Source: an uncultured Solirubrobacterales bacterium
GTDB lineage: Bacteria; Actinomycetota; Thermoleophilia; Solirubrobacterales; 70-9
Reading direction: 5' to 3'
NCBI GenBank assembly: GCA_963749365.1
Contig: CAVVME010000003.1
Coordinates: 718,603-782,602 of the forward strand
Length of the DNA: 64,000 nt
The notes beneath the pieces were generated by a model. That model had not been told where the DNA came from. It saw only the letters and a program-made list of their open reading frames with translations, and made no database searches. A program made the translations under genes and the position numbers. Of this stretch, positions 53,611 to 62,154 are shown piece by piece (position 1 is the first letter of the stretch; each line of letters opens with the position of its first letter).

Positions 53611-54707
53611 GGCCGGGAAGCTTTCCCGATCGCGGCCAGGACCTCCGTGGCGACCAGCCTGGCCGCGTCCGGGCGGGCGCGCGAGCGCGCCGCCGCGGCC
53701 ATCGCCGCGAGCCGCCCTTGGTCGGCGATCAGCTCGGCGACCAGGGTCCGCAGCCGGGCCGGCTCGAGCTCTGAGTCCTCGATCACCGCGGCGGCGCCGG
53801 CCGCCGCCATCCACTCGGCGTTGGCGTGCTGGTGGCGGCCGGCGGCGTGCGGGTAGGGGACCAGGATCGCGGGCTTGCCGGCGGCGGCGATCTCGAAGAT
53901 CGAGCCGCCCGCCCGGGCAAGGACGAGGTCGCAGGCGGCCAGCGCGTCGGCGAGCCCGGGCTCGTAGGCGAGCAGCGTGTAGCGGGGCGTCCCCTCCCCC
54001 GCGCCGACCCGCTCGGCGGCGACCGCGTGGTCACGGGCGCCCGAGAGATGGAGGACGTGGAAGGGGCGCTCGGCCGCGTCCGCGCCGGCGAACGCATCGA
54101 GCGCGCAGAGGTTGATCGAGCGTGCGCCCTGGCTGCCGCCGAAGACGAGCAGGCAGCGGTCGCCGGCGGCGATCCCGAACCGCGCCCGTGCCGCGTCGCG
54201 GTCGGCGCTCCCGACCGCCGCCGGCACCGGCCGTCCGGTGACCAGGTAGCGCTCGCCGGTGCGGCCCGCGATCGGGAACGCGAGGCAGACGCGCGTGGCG
54301 TGCCGGGCGAGCAGCCGGTTGGTCAGGCCGAGGTGTCGATCGGCCTCGGTGAGGACGAGCGGCAGCCGCAGCGAGATCGCGGCCAGGCCGGCCGGGCCGG
54401 CGACGTAGCCGCCACCGCCGAGCAGCGCCTCGGCGCCGCGCTCGCGCAAGATCCGGCGCGCGCGCGGGAGCGCGGCGCCGGCTCGCACGAGCGCCCCGGC
54501 CGCCCGCAGCGGATCGCCGCGGTCCAGCCCGCGGACGTCGAGCAGCTCGATCTCATAGCCGGCCCGGGGCACGAGCTCGGCCTCGGCACGGTCGCGCGCG
54601 CCGAGGAAGACGACGTCGGCACCCTCAGCTCGAAGCGCGTCGGCTACGGCGAGCGCCGGAACGACGTGCCCCGCCGTTCCGCCCGCGGCTATCGCGACCC
54701 TTGGCAA
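53607..54707 (-). CDS. murG: undecaprenyldiphospho-muramoylpentapeptide beta-N-acetylglucosaminyltransferase
   Basis: ORF trimmed to the TTG (complement of 54705-54707), which is preceded by GGAGAcagg. (M)PRVAIAAGGTAGHVVPALAVADAL. This start overlaps the ftsW 3' end by 83 nt. Confidence 0.88.
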   Translation of the reverse strand: MPRVAIAAGGTAGHVVPALAVADALRAEGADVVFLGARDRAEAELVPRAGYEIELLDVRGLDRGDPLRAAGALVRAGAALPRARRILRERGAEALLGGGGYVAGPAGLAAISLRLPLVLTEADRHLGLTNRLLARHATRVCLAFPIAGRTGERYLVTGRPVPAAVGSADRDAARARFGIAAGDRCLLVFGGSQGARSINLCALDAFAGADAAERPFHVLHLSGARDHAVAAERVGAGEGTPRYTLLAYEPGLADALAACDLVLARAGGSIFEIAAAGKPAILVPYPHAAGRHQHANAEWMAAAGAAAVIEDSELEPARLRTLVAELIADQGRLAAMAAAARSRARPDAARLVATEVLAAIGKASRP

Positions 54708-55932
54708 CCTGTCTCCTGCTGGTGGCGGAAGGCCCCCGCCCGGCGCGGCGCCGGTCCGGGTGGCCGCCCTCGACGACCCGCAGTCTCGCATCGGTGCTCG
54801 ACGGCCTCGCGGCCGAGCCGACGCTGCCGCCGCGGGCGATGTTGAGCAGCAGGCCGACCGCGGCCAGCATCACCAGCATGCTCGCGTTGCCGTAGGAGAC
54901 GAACGGCAGCGGCACCCCGGTCAGTGGCGCCATCCCGAACACCGCCAGCAGGTTGATCAGCGCCTGGACGAGAACCAGCGAGGTGAGCCCGGCGGCGAGC
55001 AGCTTCCCGTAGCGATCGCGCGCGCCTTGGGCGATCTTCAGCCCCGCGTAGGCGAACATCCCGTAGAGGCCGACGAGGGCGCCGATGCCGAGCATCCCGA
55101 GCTCCTCGCCGATCACTGCGGCGATCATGTCGGTGTGCGCCTCGGGTAGGTAGAACGCCTTCTGCAGGCTCTCCCCCAGCCCGACGCCGAAGAGGCCACC
55201 CGAGCCAAGCGCGATCTTGGCCTGGATCAGCTGGAATCCGGCCCCGGCGGGATCGCCCGACGGATCGAGAAAGGTGGTGATCCGCGCCACCCGGTAGGGC
55301 TCGATCGCGACCGCGAGCAGGATCAAGGCGCCGACGCCGACGGCGAGCAGCCCGAGATCGCGCAGCCGCGCTCCGGCGGCGAGCAGCAGGGTCGCAATCG
55401 CGAGGCAGATCACCAGCGCGGTGCCGAGGTCGGCGACCGCGACCAGCAAGAGCCCGGCGCCGACCATTCCGAGCACCGGCATCATCTCGCCGATCCCGCC
55501 GGCGCTGACCCGCGGCCGGGTGGCGAGCAGATGGGCGGCGAAGAGGATCAGCGCCAGCTTCATCAGCTCCGACGGCTGGACCTGGACGGGGCCGGCCGCG
55601 ATCCAGGCTCGCGAGCCGTTCACCTCGCGACCGATCCCGGGCACCAGCACCGCGAGGCAGAGGACGAAGGCGATCGCGAGCAACGCCGGGGTCAGCGGGC
55701 GCAGCGCCCGCACGCCGCGGCCGGCGAGCACATGCATCAACAGCAGCCCGGCGGCGCCGAAGAGCAGCGTGCGCTTGAGGTAGTAGGCGCCGTCCCCGGA
55801 CTCGCCGAGCAGTGAGGTGGTCGAGCTGGCGCTGAACACCATCACCGCGCCGAAGGCGAGCAGGCAGAGGGTCGCGGTGAGCAGCAGCGAGTACTCGAGC
55901 GAATGCGCGCCGCCGCCGCGCCCGCCGCTCAC
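54625..55932 (-). CDS. ftsW: SEDS-family cell division protein FtsW
   Basis: 435 aa, GTG start overlapping the murD stop (GTGA). Multi-TM, LPEAHTDMIAAVIGEELG motif, and a basic C-terminal tail. Confidence 0.9.
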   Translation of the reverse strand: MSGGRGGGAHSLEYSLLLTATLCLLAFGAVMVFSASSTTSLLGESGDGAYYLKRTLLFGAAGLLLMHVLAGRGVRALRPLTPALLAIAFVLCLAVLVPGIGREVNGSRAWIAAGPVQVQPSELMKLALILFAAHLLATRPRVSAGGIGEMMPVLGMVGAGLLLVAVADLGTALVICLAIATLLLAAGARLRDLGLLAVGVGALILLAVAIEPYRVARITTFLDPSGDPAGAGFQLIQAKIALGSGGLFGVGLGESLQKAFYLPEAHTDMIAAVIGEELGMLGIGALVGLYGMFAYAGLKIAQGARDRYGKLLAAGLTSLVLVQALINLLAVFGMAPLTGVPLPFVSYGNASMLVMLAAVGLLLNIARGGSVGSAARPSSTDARLRVVEGGHPDRRRAGRGPSATSRRQVAKGRDSRGRNGGARRSGARRSRRASS

Positions 55933-57299
55933 CGCAGGCCCCCGACCAGGGCGCGAAAGTGCTCGCCGCGCGCCTCGAAGTCGGGGTAGGCGTCAAAGCT
56001 CGCGCAGGCGGGCGCGAGCAGGACGACCTCGCCCGGACGCGCGGCCTCGGCGGCGGCGTCGACCGCGGCCGCGAGGCCGGCGCAGCGGCGGTGTGCGACC
56101 CCGGCCCCCCAGGCCGGGTCGAGATCGCGCTCGAGCGCCTCGGCCGCCTCGCCGATCAGATAGCAGGCAGTGCAGCGCTCGGCGACGGCGACGGCCAGCT
56201 CGGCGAAGCCGCCGCCCTTGAGCGAGCCGCCGAGAATCGCATGGACGCCGGTGTCGAAGGAGCGCAGGGCGGCGACGGCGGCGGCGACGTTGGTCGCCTT
56301 GGAGTCGTTTACGTACAGCACCCCGACCAGCTCGGCGATCCGCTCGAGCCGGTGCGGTGACCCCCGGAAACGACGCAGCGCGCTGGCGATCGCATCGCGC
56401 TCGATCCCCATCGCCGCCGCCGCCGCGGCGGCGGCAGCGGCGTTGTCGGCGTTGTGGGGACCGATCAGCCCGAGCTCGGCGGTCTCGATCAGCGGCTCGC
56501 CGCCCAGGCTGAGAATCCCGGACTCGACCACAGCGTCGCACTCGGCGGTGGCTGTCCCGCCCGGCCGGCGGCAGAAGGCGACCCGGCGACCGGCTCCGCC
56601 GAGCTCGATCCCCGCCAGGGCCGGGTCGGAGCCGTTGAAGACGCAGATGTCGTCGGCCTGCTGGTTGCGGAAGATGCGCAGCTTCGCCTCCAGGTACCGC
56701 ACGAGGCCGGCGTGACGGTCGAGGTGATCGGGCGAGATGTTGAGCAGCACTCCGCACTCGGGGGCGAACGCGTCGCTGTCCTCGAGCTGAAAGCTCGAGG
56801 CCTCACAGACGATCGTCGCCGAGGCCGCAACCGATCCGGGCAGCGAGGCAAGCGGCGTGCCGACGTTCCCGGCGATCGCGACCGGTTCGCCGGCGGCGCG
56901 CCAGACCTCGCCCAGCAGCTCGGTGACCGTGGTCTTGCCGTTGGTGCCGGTCACAGCACAGAAGCGGTTCGGCAGCAGCCGCCAGGCGAGCTCGAGCTCG
57001 CCGATGACCGGCAGCCCCCGCTCGCGGGCGACCGCGACCGGTGGGGCCTCGGCGGGCACGCCGGGGCTCTTGACCACGCAGCGCACGCGCTCGAGCGGCT
57101 CGATCGTGTCCCCATCCAGGATCACTTCGACGCCCGCCCCGGCAAGACCTTCCGTGCCCGGCGGACGCGCCGCGTCGATCCCGATCACGCGCTCGCCGAG
57201 GGCGGCCAGCAGCCCAGCGGCGGCCTGGCCTGAGCGGGCCAGCCCGACGACCAGGTAGGGGCCGGGCGGAAGCGGCGGTCGGCGCTCGATCTCGGGCAC
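55929..57299 (-). CDS. murD: UDP-N-acetylmuramoylalanine--D-glutamate ligase
   Basis: 456 aa, GTG start. VVGLARSGQAAA and VTGTNGKTTV motifs. Confidence 0.92.
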   Translation of the reverse strand: MPEIERRPPLPPGPYLVVGLARSGQAAAGLLAALGERVIGIDAARPPGTEGLAGAGVEVILDGDTIEPLERVRCVVKSPGVPAEAPPVAVARERGLPVIGELELAWRLLPNRFCAVTGTNGKTTVTELLGEVWRAAGEPVAIAGNVGTPLASLPGSVAASATIVCEASSFQLEDSDAFAPECGVLLNISPDHLDRHAGLVRYLEAKLRIFRNQQADDICVFNGSDPALAGIELGGAGRRVAFCRRPGGTATAECDAVVESGILSLGGEPLIETAELGLIGPHNADNAAAAAAAAAAMGIERDAIASALRRFRGSPHRLERIAELVGVLYVNDSKATNVAAAVAALRSFDTGVHAILGGSLKGGGFAELAVAVAERCTACYLIGEAAEALERDLDPAWGAGVAHRRCAGLAAAVDAAAEAARPGEVVLLAPACASFDAYPDFEARGEHFRALVGGLR

Positions 57300-57382
57300 A
57301 AGCAGTAGTTTCGCGCCGCCCTGGACCGCCCCTGCGGCCGAGACGCGCTCGGGTCGCGGCGGGCGCGCCCGCTACCTTCTGC

Positions 57383-57808
57383 GTGATGGGCGAGCGAGTC
57401 AAGCGTGCGTCCGGAAAGACCGGCCGCTTCCTGGTCGAGATCGTCGCCGCGATCTTCGTCGGCATCGGGGTACCGCTGTTCTGGATCTGGCTCGGGTCGC
57501 AGATCCAGGGCGCCCGCGGCGTCAGCACCACGGTCGAGACCAGCACCGCCGCGATCATGATCGTCGGCATCCTGGTCAGCTACCTGGTGATCCTGATCAT
57601 CGCCGGCGCGATCCAGGCCCGCGAGCAGGGAGCGCGGCGGCCGCCGACTCGCCACCCGTGGACGCGCAGCATGCGCGACGAGCCCTACCGACCCGGAGAC
57701 GACAAGCTGAGCTCGGTCGAGGTGGTGTTCGTCGGCACCGCGGTCGTCGCCTCGATCGCGATGCTGATCTGGTTCTTCGGCTTCGCCGGCTCGCCGCTCC
57801 CGTCGTAG
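57383..57808 (+). CDS. small three-TM membrane protein, unknown function; ends at a TAG that is in frame with the following SRPBCC domain
   Basis: 141 aa. Three hydrophobic helices (FLVEIVAAIFVGIGVPLFWIWL; AAIMIVGILVSYLVILIIAGAI; VVFVGTAVVASIAMLIWFFGFA). Opposite strand to the surrounding dcw genes. Confidence 0.55.
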   Translation: MMGERVKRASGKTGRFLVEIVAAIFVGIGVPLFWIWLGSQIQGARGVSTTVETSTAAIMIVGILVSYLVILIIAGAIQAREQGARRPPTRHPWTRSMRDEPYRPGDDKLSSVEVVFVGTAVVASIAMLIWFFGFAGSPLPS

Positions 57809-57811
57809 GCG

Positions 57812-58237
57812 ATCGGCGAGTCCCTGTTCGAGGCAGCTCACAGCGACCGCTGCGTCGCGTCGCCCGCCGATCTCTGGGCGCTGTGGGCGGACCCGGAGCG
57901 CTGGCCGGACTGGAACCGCCAGCTCGAACGCGTCGAGGCCGACGGCGAGCTGCGGGTCGGCGCCGAGCTGCGGGCGAAGATGCGCCGCGGCGGCACGGTG
58001 GCATTCCGGGTGGTCGAGCTCGAGCCCGAGCGCCTGCTGCGGCTCGAGGCACGCTTCCCGGGCGCCCGGCTCGGCCACGAGCAGCGGCTGGCGGCGGGGC
58101 GCTCGAGCGTCGAGATCACCCACCGCGTGTATCTCGATGGCCCGTTGGCGGGCTTCTGGGCGCTGATGATGGGACGCGGGCGCCTCCGCGGGTCGGTGGT
58201 CGGCTTCGTCGAGCGCGAGCGCGAGCTGGCCGAGTAG
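57812..58237 (+). CDS. SRPBCC (START/polyketide-cyclase-like) domain protein lacking a canonical start codon (coordinates assume ATC 57812; only M-type start is 57980)
   Basis: Own translation after TAG 57806-57808: AIGESLFEAAHSDRCVASPADLWALWADPERWPDWNRQLERVEADGELRVGAELRAKMRRGGTVAFRVVELEPERLL... shows the typical SRPBCC N-terminal pattern (V-x-A-x-P-x-x-L/V-W...D-x-x-x-W-P-x-W). The track ORF 57980..58237 would remove about 55 N-terminal residues of the fold. Confidence 0.5.
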   Translation: MGESLFEAAHSDRCVASPADLWALWADPERWPDWNRQLERVEADGELRVGAELRAKMRRGGTVAFRVVELEPERLLRLEARFPGARLGHEQRLAAGRSSVEITHRVYLDGPLAGFWALMMGRGRLRGSVVGFVERERELAE

Positions 58238-58258
58238 CTCGCCGCTCGCCGCTCGCCG
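58238..58258. repeat. three tandem copies of CTCGCCG filling the gap between the convergent stop codons of the SRPBCC gene and mraY
   Basis: TAG ctcgccg ctcgccg ctcgccg ccggcg CTA, read directly. Confidence 0.6.
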
Positions 58259-58264
58259 CCGGCG

Positions 58265-59287
58265 CTACGGGATCGAGTTCTGGTACAGGGTGAAGCCGAT
58301 CCCCGAGCAGACGGCGGCGATGATCCAGAAGCGCAGCATGATCTTCGTCTCCGACCAGGCCAGCAGCTCGAAGTGATGGTGGACCGGCGCCATCAGCAGC
58401 ACCCGACGGCGAAAGAGCTTGAAGCTGATCACCTGCACGGCGACCGAGAGCGCCTCGATGACGAAGATCCCGCCGAGAATGATCAACAGCAGCTCGGTCT
58501 GCGTCATCACCGCCAGCGCCCCGATCGCCCCGCCGAGGCCCAGTGAGCCGGTGTCACCCATGAAGATCGAGGCGGGAAACGAGTTGAACCAGAGAAACCC
58601 GACCGAGGCGCCGACGAGGCAGGCCGAGAGCACCGCCAGACCCTCCTGGCCGTTGGTGATCGTGATCGCCGTGTAGGCAAGCAGGACCGTCGCGCACGAC
58701 CCGGCGGCGAGCCCGTCGAGGCCGTCGGTGAGGTTGACCGCGTTCGAGGCGCCGGCGATAACGAAGTAGACGAAGACCAGGTAGACGACCGGGCCGAGGT
58801 AGATCTCGGCGTCGAAGACACGGGCCTCGAGCGAGGGGGCGAGCCCGAGCTCGTCGTAGGCGACCCACCAGAGCGCCAGCGCGAGCCCGATCTGGACCAG
58901 CAGCTTGTAGCGGGCCCCGAGCCCGAGCGAGCGCCGCTTGGTGATCTTGATCCAGTCGTCGGCGAAGCCGAGCGCCGCGCAACCGAGAGCGACCCCGAAC
59001 ACCGCCAGGCTGGCGGTGTCGAGGCCGGAGAGCACCAGGTATGGGATCGCGATCCCGAGAAAGACGATCAGCCCGCCCATCGTCGGCGTCCCCGCCTTGC
59101 CGTGGTGTCCCTCGGGGCCCTCCTCGCGGATCTGCTGGCCGAACTCCTTTACCCGCAGGTACTCGATGAACCGCGGGCCGAGAAAGATCGTGATCAGCAT
59201 TGCCGCCATCCCGGCGATCAGCACCTCGCCGCGGTCGATCGCGGTTGAGGCGACCTCGGTCACGACCTGGCCCGGGGGCAGGCTCAC
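58265..59287 (-). CDS. mraY: phospho-N-acetylmuramoyl-pentapeptide-transferase
   Basis: The 615-aa ORF was trimmed to the GTG (complement of 59285-59287) that overlaps the murF stop. GTPTMGGL and NAVNLTDGLDGLA motifs; 340 aa. Confidence 0.93.
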   Translation of the reverse strand: MSLPPGQVVTEVASTAIDRGEVLIAGMAAMLITIFLGPRFIEYLRVKEFGQQIREEGPEGHHGKAGTPTMGGLIVFLGIAIPYLVLSGLDTASLAVFGVALGCAALGFADDWIKITKRRSLGLGARYKLLVQIGLALALWWVAYDELGLAPSLEARVFDAEIYLGPVVYLVFVYFVIAGASNAVNLTDGLDGLAAGSCATVLLAYTAITITNGQEGLAVLSACLVGASVGFLWFNSFPASIFMGDTGSLGLGGAIGALAVMTQTELLLIILGGIFVIEALSVAVQVISFKLFRRRVLLMAPVHHHFELLAWSETKIMLRFWIIAAVCSGIGFTLYQNSIP

Positions 59288-60642
59288 GAGCGCGCCTCGA
59301 GCCTCGCCACCAGGCCGGCGGTGAACGCCTCGAGCCCGACCGAGCGGGAACCCTTGACCAGGACCCCGTCGCCGTCGCCGAGTAGCTCGGCAACCACCTC
59401 GACCGCGGCATCGGGGTCGGGCGCCCAGCGGTCGGCTCCGTAGTCGCGGGCGAGCTCGCCGACCCCGACGATCGGCTCGATCCCGAGCGCCCGCGCCGAC
59501 TCGGCCGCCTGGCGATGGTAGGTACCCCCGCCCGGCCCGAGCTCGGCCATCCCGCCGAGCACGGCGATCCGCCGGCCACCGACCTCGAGTGAGGCGAGGT
59601 ACTCGAGCGCCGCGCGCATCGAGATCGGATTGGCGTTGTAGCAATCGTTGACGAGCACCGCGCCTCCGGGCAGCTCGACCAGCTCGCCCCGCAGCCGCGA
59701 GAAGGATATGTCGGGCGCCCGACGGGCCATCTCGGCCGGCTCGGCGCCGAGGGCGACGCCGATCGCGACCGCGCAGGCGGCGTTGAGCAGGTTGTGGGCG
59801 CCGCCGAACGGCAGCTCGAAGGTCGCCTCCCCGCGGGGCGTCGCGATCCGCGCCACCAGGCCCAGCCCGCGGGGCTCGGCCGAGCGCACCTCGACCTCGC
59901 CGCCGGGTCCGAAGCTGATCGTCGCCAGGCGCTGGTCGAGATGCGGCGCCAGCGCCGGCTCGTCGGCCGGAACCACCGCCCGCCCGTGGTCGCCCAGCCC
60001 TGCCAGGATCTCGGCCTTGGCCGCGGCGACGGCCTGCTCGCTGCCGAGCAGCTCGAGATGGACCGGGCCGACGTTGGTGATCGCGGCCACGTCGGGCTCG
60101 GCGATCGCACACAGCTCGGCGATCTGGCCGCGACCGCGCATCGCCATCTCGAGCACCAGGAGCTCGGTCTCGGTCGGGGCCGAGAGGATCGCCAGGGGCA
60201 GGCCGATCTCGGTGTTGAAGTTCTCGGGGCTGGCGTGGAGGCGGAACGGGAGGATCGCCCGGCAGATGTCCTTGACCGACGTCTTGCCGGTCGAGCCGGT
60301 GATCCCGACCACTCGACAGCCGAGCTCGCGACGCCAGGCGCGTGCCAGCGACTGCAGCGAGCCGAGCGGGTCAGACGAGACGAGCACCCAGCCCGCGAGC
60401 TCTGCGGTCGCGAGCTCGTCGGCGTGACCGGGCTCGACCACCGCACCCCAGGCGCCGGCTCGCAGTGCCTCGGCCGCGTGCTCGCCGCCGTCGGCGCGCT
60501 CACCGCGAAGGCCGAAGAACAGATCGCCGGAGGCGACCTCGCGGGAGTCGATCAGCGCCCGGGTCGGCGGGCCGGCCGCGCCCTCGCGGACGATCGCCGC
60601 ATCCGCGGCCGCGGCGATCCGCGCCGGCTCGAGCTCGATCAC
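59284..60642 (-). CDS. murF: UDP-N-acetylmuramoyl-tripeptide--D-alanyl-D-alanine ligase
   Basis: 452 aa. GITGSTGKTS motif and Mur ligase middle and C-terminal domains. 4-nt overlap with murE. Confidence 0.92.
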   Translation of the reverse strand: MIELEPARIAAAADAAIVREGAAGPPTRALIDSREVASGDLFFGLRGERADGGEHAAEALRAGAWGAVVEPGHADELATAELAGWVLVSSDPLGSLQSLARAWRRELGCRVVGITGSTGKTSVKDICRAILPFRLHASPENFNTEIGLPLAILSAPTETELLVLEMAMRGRGQIAELCAIAEPDVAAITNVGPVHLELLGSEQAVAAAKAEILAGLGDHGRAVVPADEPALAPHLDQRLATISFGPGGEVEVRSAEPRGLGLVARIATPRGEATFELPFGGAHNLLNAACAVAIGVALGAEPAEMARRAPDISFSRLRGELVELPGGAVLVNDCYNANPISMRAALEYLASLEVGGRRIAVLGGMAELGPGGGTYHRQAAESARALGIEPIVGVGELARDYGADRWAPDPDAAVEVVAELLGDGDGVLVKGSRSVGLEAFTAGLVARLEARS

Positions 60643-62117
60643 TGGCCGGCGCGCGCCGGCGCGGCGAGCCGGCGCAGCTCCTCGCGCGCTACGTCGCGAT
60701 CGTCGAACGGGATCTTGCGACCCGCCTCGAACTCCTGGCCCTGCTCGTGGCCCTTGCCGGCGATCACGACCGCGTCACCGCCGCTCGCCGCCTCGAGCGC
60801 GAGCCCGATCGCCGCCCGGCGATCGGGCTCGACCTCGATCTCCGCCGTGCCCCCGGTCATCCCGGCGCGGATCTCGGCGACGATCGCCAGCGGGTCCTCC
60901 GAGCGTGGGTTGTCGGAGGTGACCACCGCCAGATCGGCGAGCCGGGCGGCGATCTCGCCCATCAGCGGCCGCTTCTCGCGGTCGCGATCGCCGCCGCAGC
61001 CGAAGACGCAGACCACTCGCCCGTCGGTCAGCTGCCGGGCGGCGTCGAGGACGTTCTCGAGCGAGTCCGGGGTGTGCGCGTAATCGACGATCACTGCAAA
61101 CGGCTGGCCCTCGTCGACCGGCTCGAAGCGGCCCGGAACACGATCGGCGCTCGCCAGCCGCGCGACCGCGTCGGCGAGCGGGATGCCGAGCGCGCCCGCG
61201 CAGGCGATCGCACAGAGCGCGTTCTCGATGTTGAACCGGCCCGGGAGCGGCAGCGCCACCTCGGCCTCGCCGTCCGGCGCCAGGCAGCGAAAGCGCGCGC
61301 CTGCAGGTCCGAACGACGGCTCCAGGGCACGGTAGGCGGCGCGCTCGTCGCCGCGAGCCGAGAAGGTCAGCGCCTCGAACTCGGCCGCGAGCCGATCGCC
61401 GTAGGGATCGTCGAGGTTGATCACACCGCGCTCCGGCCGCCCGGCCTCGAACAGGCGGCGTTTGGCGAGAAAGTAGTCGTCCATGTCGGCGTGGAAGTCG
61501 AGGTGGTCCTGGGTCAGGTTCGTGAACGCGGCGACCGCGAACCGGATCCCGTCCGCCCGGCGCAGGGCCAGCGCGTGCGAGGAGACCTCCATCGCGCAGG
61601 CGCGGTCGCCGCCTTCGACCATGCGGCGGAAGGTCGCCTGCAGGTCGATCGCCTCCGGAGTCGTGCGCTCGACCTCCTCCTCGACCCCGCCGACGACCCG
61701 CTTCACCGTCCCCAGCAGGCCTGTCTGGACCCCGGCGCTCTCGAGCAGCTGACGGACCAGGAACGCGGTCGTCGTCTTCCCGTTCGTGCCCGTGATCCCG
61801 ACCACGCGCAGCTCCGCGGTCGGGTCGTCGTAGAAGCGGACCGCCGCATGGGCCATCGCCGCGCGGCCGTCGGCGACCACGGCTTGCACGACCCATGGCT
61901 CGAGCTCGAGCCGGTGCTCGACCGCGACCGCGGCAGCGCCTGCCTGGACGGCGAGTGGCGCGAATCGATGCCCGTCGGCGACCGAGCCCGGGTAGCAGAA
62001 GAACATCGACCCCTCCCGCACCCGCCGGCTGTCGTAGGCGAGGCCGGTGATCTCGACCTCAGCGTCGCCGACGACCTCGGTCACGTCGGCGCCGGCGAGC
62101 AGCTCGCGAAGCTTCAC
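60639..62117 (-). CDS. murE: UDP-N-acetylmuramoyl-L-alanyl-D-glutamate--2,6-diaminopimelate ligase
   Basis: ORF trimmed to the GTG (complement of 62115-62117; VKLRELLAGADV...). GITGTNGKTTT motif. The DNPR motif indicates the meso-DAP-adding type. Confidence 0.92.
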   Translation of the reverse strand: MKLRELLAGADVTEVVGDAEVEITGLAYDSRRVREGSMFFCYPGSVADGHRFAPLAVQAGAAAVAVEHRLELEPWVVQAVVADGRAAMAHAAVRFYDDPTAELRVVGITGTNGKTTTAFLVRQLLESAGVQTGLLGTVKRVVGGVEEEVERTTPEAIDLQATFRRMVEGGDRACAMEVSSHALALRRADGIRFAVAAFTNLTQDHLDFHADMDDYFLAKRRLFEAGRPERGVINLDDPYGDRLAAEFEALTFSARGDERAAYRALEPSFGPAGARFRCLAPDGEAEVALPLPGRFNIENALCAIACAGALGIPLADAVARLASADRVPGRFEPVDEGQPFAVIVDYAHTPDSLENVLDAARQLTDGRVVCVFGCGGDRDREKRPLMGEIAARLADLAVVTSDNPRSEDPLAIVAEIRAGMTGGTAEIEVEPDRRAAIGLALEAASGGDAVVIAGKGHEQGQEFEAGRKIPFDDRDVAREELRRLAAPARAGQ

Positions 62118-62154
62118 GCCGGCGATTCTAGGAAGGGGACTCGACGCCCAGCGC

